Assembly: GCA_963729895.1 (NCBI GenBank)
Contig: CAVSQB010000009.1
Coordinates: forward strand, 64,001 to 128,000
DNA from: an uncultured Fibrobacterota bacterium
Lineage (GTDB): Bacteria; Fibrobacterota; Chitinivibrionia; Chitinivibrionales; FEN-1185
Length of the DNA: 64,000 bases
Direction of reading: 5' to 3'
The notes beneath the pieces were generated by a model. The model worked only from the letters and a program-made list of their open reading frames with translations, was not told the DNA's origin and made no database searches. Shown piece after piece: positions 1 through 8,614 of this stretch. Position 1 is the first letter of the stretch. Each line of letters starts with the position of its first letter. The position numbers and the translations under genes were made by a program.

Positions 1-207
1 GGGACGGACATGAACTCCGTGTTGGCATACGTCGACGCACTTCCCGCACGAAACACAGGTTGACGCGCGATGGATGCTATACTTCCCCATCTCATTGCGG
101 TAACGCGGCGGCGCTGTCCGCACGGTGCGCGAAACATCGGCAAAATCGGGACGCGATGTGAAATCTTCCGCTGTCTGCGGGACCGGTTTGATGGCTGTTG
201 TGGTCAT
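1..207 (-). CDS. 4Fe-4S ferredoxin-domain protein, N-terminal part (continues beyond the window); likely a second glutamate-synthase-related subunit
   Basis: Manual translation from ATG at 207: MTTTAIKP...RYRNEMGKYSIHRASTCVSCGKCVDVCQHGVHVRP, containing CxxCxxCxxxC. Starts 15 bp after the stop of the upstream Fe-S/FMN gene. Confidence 0.75.
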   Translation of the reverse strand, partial: MTTTAIKPVPQTAEDFTSRPDFADVSRTVRTAPPRYRNEMGKYSIHRASTCVSCGKCVDVCQHGVHVRP

Positions 208-222
208 GATTGGTGTTCGTCC

Positions 223-1620
223 CTAATTGCCGTCTTTGCGTTTCCCGAAAATACGCCCGAATGCCGCGCGTTCCAGGTCTTCAAAAAACATGCACCTGCC
301 TACTTCGCCCCGCAGGCGCCGCGCTTCACGTATGCCCATTGCGCCGAGCATTTCCAGAAGCTGGCTGTGCCATGATCCCATCAGATTGACAAGCCTGCGG
401 ACCGCGTATTGTTCGTCAATCCCGGCCAAGTCGACAGAACACTGCTCGCCCCTCTCGCATTCCCCGCACAACCTGCAATCCATGGCGAGAATAAGCGGAA
501 TATCGACGGTAACCAGGTCGGCGCCGCAGATAATCGCCTTGGCCATGTGCTCCGGCAACGCAATGCCTCCCGAGGCAATGAGCGTGATTTCGTCGCGGAT
601 GCAATCCTTGACAAGCGCTGCATGCACTTCACGGACGGCATCGCGCATATGGCGCGGCTTCTCCGCCTCGAGTTCCCTGCCATGTTTGTCGAACACCACA
701 TTGACAACCTCAATGCCCTGGTGAGCCAGCCACAGGACGCGGGCCGCTGCCGCCTTCCCGGACGCCAGCCGTACCGCGACGATTCTCCGCGCATTCTCCT
801 GTTTGCATGCGGCCGCCGTCTCGACAACACGGTCCGAATCCTGGATAACCACCATGGCCGAATCCGCAAACCGGCCGTCCGGTGCGGGCGCCTTGTCGTC
901 CATCAAGGGAACAACTTGTGAGTTCGCGCCGGTCCCGATATTTGCAATCCGGTCGGGAGAAACCAAGGCAAACAGTCCCAGATCGGTTGCAGCCTTCACA
1001 AGAGCCGAAACAACCGGGGCATGCGCCCAGTGCTGCGCGATATTGTCGAACATAAGCGGCAGCGGGCTCTGAATGCGCGGCGGCGGGGCTTCGCGAAGTT
1101 TCCCGTTGTCAAAGGAAATGCGTCCCAGTTTGCGGCCGATGTCAACGCCCGTGTTGATATATTCGCGTCCGTGAATCCCGTCGCGCGTCGGCCGCACGAT
1201 TTCCGACATGTCGGTCCACATCGAATCGAATCCCTCACCTGAAAAGGGGCCGCCATAGCCGCAGCCGGACACCGGAACGCCTCCGGTTTCGGCCTGGAAC
1301 CACGTGGTAAGCACTATATCGGGGTTGTAATAACTGTCGCCAAGGCGCTCGTATTCGGGATTCACCACTCTCGTGAGAATGTTCTTGGTGCAGTTCTGCA
1401 CGCAGGTAAGGCAGCCTTTGCACTGGTATATGTAATCGAGGTATCCTATTTCGTCGCGGAGCGCGTCGGCCTCGTCGCGATACAGGCCGTACACGCAGCC
1501 TTTCTTCACGCAGTTATGGCACCCGGAGCAGTCTTCTCGCCAGTCAACAATGCCGAGCTTGCCCTCCGGACGGATGCGCGGCGGCGTCGGCTGCGTTTGA
1601 ATGTGGTACTTGGCAGGCAT
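223..1620 (-). CDS. Glutamate synthase-related FMN-binding domain protein with N-terminal 2x[4Fe-4S] (GltB2-like)
   Basis: CSGCHNCVKKGC and CKGCLTCVQNC ferredoxin motifs; GltB2-like 'GFDSMWTDMSEIVRPTRDGIHGRE'; 'LIASGGI...AKAIICGAD'; C-terminal CRLCGEC..C. Confidence 0.8.
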   Translation of the reverse strand: MPAKYHIQTQPTPPRIRPEGKLGIVDWREDCSGCHNCVKKGCVYGLYRDEADALRDEIGYLDYIYQCKGCLTCVQNCTKNILTRVVNPEYERLGDSYYNPDIVLTTWFQAETGGVPVSGCGYGGPFSGEGFDSMWTDMSEIVRPTRDGIHGREYINTGVDIGRKLGRISFDNGKLREAPPPRIQSPLPLMFDNIAQHWAHAPVVSALVKAATDLGLFALVSPDRIANIGTGANSQVVPLMDDKAPAPDGRFADSAMVVIQDSDRVVETAAACKQENARRIVAVRLASGKAAAARVLWLAHQGIEVVNVVFDKHGRELEAEKPRHMRDAVREVHAALVKDCIRDEITLIASGGIALPEHMAKAIICGADLVTVDIPLILAMDCRLCGECERGEQCSVDLAGIDEQYAVRRLVNLMGSWHSQLLEMLGAMGIREARRLRGEVGRCMFFEDLERAAFGRIFGKRKDGN

Positions 1621-1626
1621 GCCGGA

Positions 1627-2544
1627 TTATCCCAATCTCGATTTCAGAGCGTTAAGCACGTCCATGGCCGCATCACTATCGTCGTCGCACACAATTTCAA
1701 AACCGCGCAATCCTTCGATGCTGCTGAGTTTTTCAATGGTTTCAAGCGCCATCTTTATCCCATCCGCGCGGGCGGCGCTTGAGTCCGGTTTTGAAGAAAG
1801 CCGGCTGAGCACATCTGCCGGCACCATCGGATTGGGCCGTTTTTCTACAAAGGCCTTTGCTTTTTCAACATCAGTGAGCACCTTGATTCCGGCAACAAAA
1901 GCCGCTTTATGGTGCAGCCCGCGATTGATAACTTCCTTCCACCACGTGGCGAAACGGTCAAGATCAAAGACCGGCTGGGTAACGATAAACTGCGCACCCA
2001 CAAAGATTTTTTGTGCAAGCCGGGGCAACTGCAATTCAAGCGGGTCGGCAAAAGGAGAAGCAACGGCCCCCAGACAATACGATACATGGCCATCGATATT
2101 TTCTTCGCCGACTATGGAAGCATTTTTTTCAAGGCCGTGCAGGCTTTGCAACAAAATTGTGGCGTCAATATCAAACACGTTCTTGGCCGCATGAAACGGA
2201 AGAAGCGTCTGATGCGTGCCGCTGGTGCAGAGGATATTGCGGATCCCGAGGGCACGCGCGCCGAGAAAATCGGAAATCAGGGCCGTCCGGTTGCGGTCGC
2301 GCGTGGTCATGTGCAGAATGGGTTCCACGTTTTCGGATGCGATAATCGCGGCCGCAGCGAGGGCCGACATTCTCACCCCGTCCCGGTTGTCGCTCACGCC
2401 AAGGGCGTGAACTCTGCCCGCAAACTGTTTCGCCATCTGCCGGACGCCGGCAGCGTCGGACGATTTCGGGGGCGAAATCTCGGCGGTAACGATTTGCTTT
2501 CCGGATTCGATCCGTTTCTGCAGGACGGTTTTTTCTTGTTGCAT
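1627..2544 (-). CDS. metF: Methylenetetrahydrofolate reductase (MetF-like)
   Basis: TAEISPPK, HMTTRDRNR, 'LGARALGIRNILC' and 'GAQFIVTQPVFD' are MTHFR family motifs. Start taken at MQQEK. Confidence 0.85.
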   Translation of the reverse strand: MQQEKTVLQKRIESGKQIVTAEISPPKSSDAAGVRQMAKQFAGRVHALGVSDNRDGVRMSALAAAAIIASENVEPILHMTTRDRNRTALISDFLGARALGIRNILCTSGTHQTLLPFHAAKNVFDIDATILLQSLHGLEKNASIVGEENIDGHVSYCLGAVASPFADPLELQLPRLAQKIFVGAQFIVTQPVFDLDRFATWWKEVINRGLHHKAAFVAGIKVLTDVEKAKAFVEKRPNPMVPADVLSRLSSKPDSSAARADGIKMALETIEKLSSIEGLRGFEIVCDDDSDAAMDVLNALKSRLG

Positions 2545-2555
2545 GGTAAACCTTC

Positions 2556-2966
2556 TTATGTATGCGCTTCCACGGCCGGGCCGCTCAGCCTCTTTGCCGC
2601 ATCGTAAATGATCTCTTTGAGCTGTCCGGGAGTGACGTTTTGAGGACAATGAACGAGCTCAGCACGGCCCGGATCGAGTCCGATCTCGGAAAGCAGCCGT
2701 TTTACCGTCTTGACCCTCATCTCGGAACGGTAATTGCCCTGCGAAAGCGTGCATTCTCCGAGAGCGCAGGTAATAATGCAGATTCCGCGAACCCCGCCCT
2801 CCAGGGCATGAAGCATGTATTGCGCGTCGATCTTGCCGCTGCATGGGATTTCTTTGATCCGGACATGCGTTCCGGCGTCCGTCCACTGGACCGGCATGAG
2901 TCCGGCGTGAGGTACGCAGTTTTTGCAGAGATAGATTGTGATGTCGGAAGAAGCTTGATGTGCCAT
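2556..2966 (-). CDS. mvhD: MvhD/FlpD-family [2Fe-2S] protein (hydrogenase delta subunit)
   Basis: YLCKNC, 'EIPCSGKID..YMLHALEGG', 'C..GEC...QGN', 'LLSEIGLDPGR'. Confidence 0.85.
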   Translation of the reverse strand: MAHQASSDITIYLCKNCVPHAGLMPVQWTDAGTHVRIKEIPCSGKIDAQYMLHALEGGVRGICIITCALGECTLSQGNYRSEMRVKTVKRLLSEIGLDPGRAELVHCPQNVTPGQLKEIIYDAAKRLSGPAVEAHT

Positions 2967-3016
2967 TTCAACCATGAGCGATTCTGTTTACCGTCTTCTG
3001 CCGGCCGGCGAGCAGG

Positions 3017-3047
3017 ATTTTTGAACGCCGGGAGCCATTTTTGAACG
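3017..3047. promoter_or_regulatory. 11-bp direct repeat ATTTTTGAACG x2 upstream of mvhD
   Basis: Exact copies at 3017-3027 and 3037-3047 (20-bp period), 50-80 bp upstream of the mvhD start. Confidence 0.4.
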
Positions 3048-3251
3048 TGAAAATATAGTTCCTGGCGCAAAATGTGGCCAGAAAATGAATCGCGGAATTT
3101 ATGGGGAGAAATGAGGAGGAATCTTGGTCGCGGATTTCGGATTTTTTTATTGGCACGCTCATTCCCTAACCCAAGAGGCGGGGAATGAGCGGGCGGTGGG
3201 ATTCAAAAGGCACGCAGCTGCGCTCCGCATTTCGAAATCGGAAATGACGGG

Positions 3252-3794
3252 TCATTTCATTTGCATTTCATCCATCGAAGTGGCCGGGGTTTCGGACAGC
3301 TTGATTTTGAAATCGATCTTTTTGCCGTTCACGGCAACTGCCACCGCATAAGAACCAGGGGCCATTGAAACATTATTTCCATAATGAGTCGACTGTTCAC
3401 CCTTTCCAATGGCCTGCATCACAACGATCGGAACTTCTTTCGGTACCCCGGACGGATTTCCCTTTTCATCGAGAGGCCGGAAACTCATCTTCACTTTGGC
3501 GTTGGCAATCACGTTTCCAGTCTTTGCATTGAAAACATGAATGACCAGATGATGGTTCGGATGGGTGGCCGCATCGGGCATCACCGGTTTAGCTCCCGCC
3601 ACGATCATCATGCCTTCGGCTGCCTTGCCGGCCGAAACCTCTTGCTTTGTAAAGAACGGCTCCGCAGCCAGCACGTGCAATTCAATGCGCTCGCCGTTGA
3701 GGGTTGTGTCGATCTCAACATGACCGGCCTGCACGAGGCCGTGAGCAAGAAAAAGAGCAAAGACAAACCGGACAAAAATTGAGTACTCTCGCAT
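3252..3794 (-). CDS. Secreted His/Met-rich putative metal-binding protein (P19/Tpd iron-transporter-like)
   Basis: Signal peptide; 'HPNHHLVIHVF', 'HYGNNV..PGSY.V.V'; several Met residues. Confidence 0.6.
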   Translation of the reverse strand: MREYSIFVRFVFALFLAHGLVQAGHVEIDTTLNGERIELHVLAAEPFFTKQEVSAGKAAEGMMIVAGAKPVMPDAATHPNHHLVIHVFNAKTGNVIANAKVKMSFRPLDEKGNPSGVPKEVPIVVMQAIGKGEQSTHYGNNVSMAPGSYAVAVAVNGKKIDFKIKLSETPATSMDEMQMK

Positions 3795-4229
3795 GTAAAA
3801 CCTCCCTGTGGTTGAAAAGACGTTGCACGCTTGCCCTTTTGACCGGTGCGCGGGAATGCGCACGACCCAGGCTTATCGGCACCGCCCAAAGAATATAGCC
3901 TGCGAAATTGACATTGCCAACGGTTTTAGAAAATAGGTTTTCACCGCAGCTAAAGTTCCAGCAATTGCTATTCCAAAAGAAACAAGCCGCCCTGCTCGTT
4001 CCGCTTCATCGGTTTGCCGCCCGGCGGCAAAGGCAAAGCAGGTAAAAAAAGGGCTTGCAGGCGCACATCATTGAAACATTTTGGATGCAAATCTCATCTA
4101 ACTATATGGATCGAGAAAGCAAGAGAACAAGTTCAAGAAACGAGTTTAGTACATTATAGAGTCTGGAAACACAGGCAATTACCACTCGACGCATCATTTG
4201 GTTTGAAGCGACTTACGCAAAGGTGAAGT

Positions 4230-5120
4230 ATGCAAATTTCCATTCAGTCCCTTGGAAAGACCTATAAAAATGGGAAAACCGCGCTTAAGAACGTCAATCT
4301 TGAAATTTCCAACGGCATGTTCGGCCTGCTCGGACCCAATGGCGCGGGCAAAACCACGCTTATTCGCATTCTCGTTACACTTATGGAACCGACCTCTGGA
4401 AGGGTCATGGTGAATGGCGTTGATTTACAAAAGGAGCGAAAAAACATACGCGCCGTTCTTGGGTACCTGCCTCAGGATTTCAAATTTTTCTCAAGGTTAA
4501 AGACGTGGGAGTTTCTGGATTATATTGCGTTGCTCGCCGGCCTAAAGAATCGTGCCGAACGAAGGAATGCCATCGACCGTATGTTGACCCAGGTCGGACT
4601 TTTTGACGCGCGCGACCGCATGGCCAACCGCCTCTCCGGGGGAATGAAACGCCGTTTGGGCATTGCTCAGGCGCTTATCGGCAATCCTCAGATTGTAGTT
4701 ATAGACGAACCCACCACCGGCCTTGATCCCGAGGAACGAATCCGCTTCCGAAACCTGATCAGCGCATTGAGCCGGCAGGATATTATCATTATTTTCTCCA
4801 CGCATATCGTCGGGGATATCTCGAGCACCTGCAGAAATCTGGCGCTCTTGTGGAACGGTGAAGTGGCCTATTGCGGTACGCCCGATGAACTGCTGCGCCG
4901 GGTGCAAGGTCGTGTCTGGCGCGTTGCTGTCGGCAACGAGGAACTCGATGCTCTTAAGCAGCGCCACACGGTAGTGACCACCATTCCCGCTGTGGACGGA
5001 TGGAAGGTTGAAATCGTGGCCGAACGGCTGGACGGCTTTACGGGTGAAACCGTTCAACCGGACCTGGAGCACGCCTACGTGTACTTCATGGAGAAACAAA
5101 AAACAGGAGGCAATCAATAA
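4230..5120 (+). CDS. ABC transporter ATP-binding protein (ABC-2/DrrA-like)
   Basis: Walker A GPNGAGKT, Q-loop YLPQ, LSGGM, Walker B VVIDE, STH. Confidence 0.95.
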   Translation: MQISIQSLGKTYKNGKTALKNVNLEISNGMFGLLGPNGAGKTTLIRILVTLMEPTSGRVMVNGVDLQKERKNIRAVLGYLPQDFKFFSRLKTWEFLDYIALLAGLKNRAERRNAIDRMLTQVGLFDARDRMANRLSGGMKRRLGIAQALIGNPQIVVIDEPTTGLDPEERIRFRNLISALSRQDIIIIFSTHIVGDISSTCRNLALLWNGEVAYCGTPDELLRRVQGRVWRVAVGNEELDALKQRHTVVTTIPAVDGWKVEIVAERLDGFTGETVQPDLEHAYVYFMEKQKTGGNQ

Positions 5121-5122
5121 GC

Positions 5123-8100
5123 ATGGATTCCATGCGGACCATTGCCATCGTTGCTTTGTACGAGGCTCGCACACTCTGGCGGAGCTGGTTTTTCAGAATT
5201 TTCGCGGGCGCAATCGTACTGCTTCTGCTCGGATTGAACAGCTTGATATTCAGTGTCGGTCAATTTTCAACATGGGTCTTTCGCGCCGTACCGGCAAACG
5301 TTCCTTATGTAAACATGCTGCTTCTCAACCTGATTCAATCGATTGTGGCCGTCATTTTGGCAACCGACTTCATGAAGCGCGACCGCTCCATGGATACCAC
5401 GGATGTGGTGTACATCCGGTCCATGACCAACACGTCGTACGTGCTGGGAAAAGCATGCGGTAATCTGCTGGTTTTTTTCTGCCTCGACGCTGTAGCGCTT
5501 GCGTGCGCCGCGCTTTTTACCTTGTTCTCGGGCGGCGCGGCGCCGGAGCCTGCCGTGTACGTTTATTACGCATGTCTCATCAGCCTGCCGAGTCTCGTGT
5601 TCTGCATCGGGCTGACATTCTTTCTTATGTCGATTATCCGGAGCCAGCCCTTGACGCTGGTCGGAATGCTCGGCCTTCTGGGGCTGGCCTTCTTCTTTCT
5701 GCCCGACCGTCTGTATTCGCTCTTCGATTTCGCGGCACTGCGGACGCCGCTCATGTATTCCGACAGTGTCGGTTTCGGTTCGGTACCCGGGATCGCGGCC
5801 CTTCGCGCGGCGTATCTGCTGGTCGGAGGTGCCTGTGTGCTTATCGCGGCGCTGCGGTTACAACGCCTTCGGCAATCCGCTTTCGCTTCGGGAGCAACGC
5901 TTGCCGGCGCGATACTCCTCAGCGGCGCCGCGGCAGGCGCCGGAGCGTTCTATGTGCATAGCAACCTGCGTAATGACATAACGCGCGCGCAGATGATCGA
6001 GCAACATAACCGTCAGTTCGAGGCCCCTTGCATTTCCGTGGTCCGCGAGGCGCTCGGCATTTCGCATGCGGGATCTGCGATACGGGCAACGGCTCAAGTA
6101 ACGGTGTGCAATCAAAGCGGCAGGACGATCGACGAATACCAGTTCCGGCTTAATCCCGGACTTGCAATTCGGGAAATACGCGGCAGCCATCACGTGAGCT
6201 TTCGACGCGCGCTCGATTATGTGTTTGTAAAACCCGCGACTCCCCTCCCCGCCCTGGCGCTCGACACCATCGTTTTCGTCTATGCCGGAACGATCGACGA
6301 ATCGGTTTGTTATCTCGACGTCCAGCCCGAGGAACTCGCACGAGCCGGCACCGTGTTCTTTTTCCAAAAACAAACAAGATATGCTTTTATCAACAAACGA
6401 TTCGTTCTGCTTACCCCCGAATCGCAATTTTATCCCCAGGCGGGGGCGGGCTACAGCTCCGAACATCCCGAAGTGAATTATACGGCGCCCGCCGAATTTA
6501 GCATCTCGGTTACCGCCGACCCGGCTCTGACAGTCATTAGTCAAGGGGTAGCCGTGCGCACGGCGGGCGGCGTCACCGTTTTCTGCCCGCCAAAACCGAT
6601 GCCGGGAGTGTCGGTGATCATAGGGGTATACACAAAGCGCTCGCTGGCGGTGGATTCGGTGGAATACAGCCTGCTGACGTTTGCTCACCACGACTATTTC
6701 AAACGCTATTTCAAGGATCTTCAGACCGATACGCTTGTCTCGTTGATTCGGGGATTAAAGGGGGATTTCGAGAACCGTCTCAAGTTCACGTATCCGTATT
6801 CCCGGTTCACCATGGTCGAAGTTCCCCTGCAATTCACCGAATTTGGCCGGGTATGGACCGCCGGGCATGAAGCGATGCAGCCGGAAATCGCCTTGCTTCC
6901 TGAGAATGGATTCTCGCTCGGCGATGCGGATTTCCGTTCAATGCAACGGGGCGGCTTCACTCCCCGCGGACGCGACCAGGAAGTACTGACTCCGCAGGAG
7001 CAGCAAGGCATGATGTTTCAGCGGTTTGTCGCCTCCACCTTCCTGCGCGACAATGCCGGCCGCCGGCTGATGTTGCGGCCCGCCGATCGCTCCGCCGCGG
7101 CAGCCCAGATGCTGCAATGGATGCCGCCGGTGAGCGCTGCGAACGCCAACCTGTTTGTCTTTCCGGAATACTTTTCTTATGTGGTGCACCTGCATTCGCC
7201 ATCATGTCCGGTTTTCTCGCTGGCGCTTGAATCGTACTATAAAAAACGGGCAAGCGGCGACGCTCCGCCGATGATGCGCATGTTCATGGGAGGCGCAACC
7301 ACCGATGAGAAGGTGAACGGGGCTTTGGAAAACAGCGGCTTCGATCAGATTTGCAAAGACCCCCAAAACCGTTTGCTCGTCCCGGATGTCGTCCAGGCGC
7401 TTGGAGATTACCTCTTTACGGTATTGCAAAAAAATATCGGCGATCAGGCTTTCGACGATTTCATGCTTGCGCTTGTGCGGCAGAACAGGTTCGGCACCCT
7501 TGACCTTGACGTATTCTGCGCCACGATACAACAACGCTTCAATTTTGATTTTCATCCCACCCTCCAATCCTGTTACCGGAAACATCCGTTGCCGGGGTAT
7601 TTGCTTGACAATATAGAGGCCAGCGGGGTGCGTGACAAGACGGCCGACCGGTTTCTCCTGCGCTTTGAGATAGCAAATCCGGAATCCGCGCAAGGGTTTG
7701 TCAAGGTGAGCGTTCGAACGGGAACGCTGGGAAGCGGAAGATTTGGGGGGGGCGGCGGGTTTGCAGGTGGTAATCGCGGCGGGACCTTCGGCGGCGCAAC
7801 CGTCGACCGGATCATTTCGCTCGATCCGCGCCAATGTAAAGAAATCGACATGATGATGGATCAGCCGCCGCGAATGCTCTCCATCAACACGCTCATATCG
7901 AAAAATATTCCCGCCACCCTCGTGCATCCCTTCGATAAGGTCGAATTCAACCCGGACCGGGCGCCGTTTGACGGGGAAAAGGTGATACGCGGGATTACTG
8001 CGCCCGAACCGGGTACCGTCATCGTCGACGATGGGGACAGCGGTTTTTCGATAGAAGCCAAACCTTCGACCGGCGTGATGAACTGGTTCAAAAGTTCTTC

Positions 8101-8545
8101 GGCCCAACCGCAGGATCGTTACGCCAGCGTGCGTCTCTTTGATCCGCCGGCCGAATGGACCGAAGCCGCGGGTCCGCAATATTACGGAAAGTATGTTCAC
8201 TCCATCCATTATATAAAAGCCGGTGACGGCAGCAAACGAATTGCTTGGAACGCGTCGATCAAAGAGAGCGGCACCTACGAAATTTATGCCTACTACGGCA
8301 CCATGGGGTTTCAGCGCGGAAACGGCCGCCGCCAGAACCGGGAGGCTTTGCATGGGGCATTCCATTATATTGTGCATCACGACGACGGCGTGGAGAATGC
8401 CGCACTTGACTTGAAAGATATCCAGAACGGCTGGAATTCCCTCGGCCGATATCATCTTTCTCCGGGAATGGCCCAGGTGGAGCTCACGGACCAGGGAAGC
8501 CAGGGTATCGTTGCCGGTGATGCAATCAAGTGGGTAAAACAGTGA
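5123..8545 (+). CDS. ABC-2-type permease fused to a large extracytoplasmic region (M1-aminopeptidase-like scaffold plus golvesin/xanthan-lyase-like C-terminal beta domain)
   Basis: N-terminal 'IAIVALYEARTLWRS' with ~7-8 TM helices; ~850 aa soluble part; C-terminal 'IVDDGDSGF...GTYEIYAY...GWNSLGRY...VAGDAIKWVK'. Confidence 0.8.
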   Translation: MDSMRTIAIVALYEARTLWRSWFFRIFAGAIVLLLLGLNSLIFSVGQFSTWVFRAVPANVPYVNMLLLNLIQSIVAVILATDFMKRDRSMDTTDVVYIRSMTNTSYVLGKACGNLLVFFCLDAVALACAALFTLFSGGAAPEPAVYVYYACLISLPSLVFCIGLTFFLMSIIRSQPLTLVGMLGLLGLAFFFLPDRLYSLFDFAALRTPLMYSDSVGFGSVPGIAALRAAYLLVGGACVLIAALRLQRLRQSAFASGATLAGAILLSGAAAGAGAFYVHSNLRNDITRAQMIEQHNRQFEAPCISVVREALGISHAGSAIRATAQVTVCNQSGRTIDEYQFRLNPGLAIREIRGSHHVSFRRALDYVFVKPATPLPALALDTIVFVYAGTIDESVCYLDVQPEELARAGTVFFFQKQTRYAFINKRFVLLTPESQFYPQAGAGYSSEHPEVNYTAPAEFSISVTADPALTVISQGVAVRTAGGVTVFCPPKPMPGVSVIIGVYTKRSLAVDSVEYSLLTFAHHDYFKRYFKDLQTDTLVSLIRGLKGDFENRLKFTYPYSRFTMVEVPLQFTEFGRVWTAGHEAMQPEIALLPENGFSLGDADFRSMQRGGFTPRGRDQEVLTPQEQQGMMFQRFVASTFLRDNAGRRLMLRPADRSAAAAQMLQWMPPVSAANANLFVFPEYFSYVVHLHSPSCPVFSLALESYYKKRASGDAPPMMRMFMGGATTDEKVNGALENSGFDQICKDPQNRLLVPDVVQALGDYLFTVLQKNIGDQAFDDFMLALVRQNRFGTLDLDVFCATIQQRFNFDFHPTLQSCYRKHPLPGYLLDNIEASGVRDKTADRFLLRFEIANPESAQGFVKVSVRTGTLGSGRFGGGGGFAGGNRGGTFGGATVDRIISLDPRQCKEIDMMMDQPPRMLSINTLISKNIPATLVHPFDKVEFNPDRAPFDGEKVIRGITAPEPGTVIVDDGDSGFSIEAKPSTGVMNWFKSSSAQPQDRYASVRLFDPPAEWTEAAGPQYYGKYVHSIHYIKAGDGSKRIAWNASIKESGTYEIYAYYGTMGFQRGNGRRQNREALHGAFHYIVHHDDGVENAALDLKDIQNGWNSLGRYHLSPGMAQVELTDQGSQGIVAGDAIKWVKQ

Positions 8546-8614
8546 TGGGAGACCCTGTAATAATTCGGTTAATTTGTCAACGCAAGACATGATGAAAAGG
8601 CCATCCATTTCTTA

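Noticed and set aside
2556..2966. Selenocysteine in MvhD
   Set aside because: All expected positions are Cys codons; no in-frame TGA.
3151..3166. Sigma54-like TGGCACGCTCATTCCC
   Set aside because: Lacks the -12 GC and points to no nearby gene.
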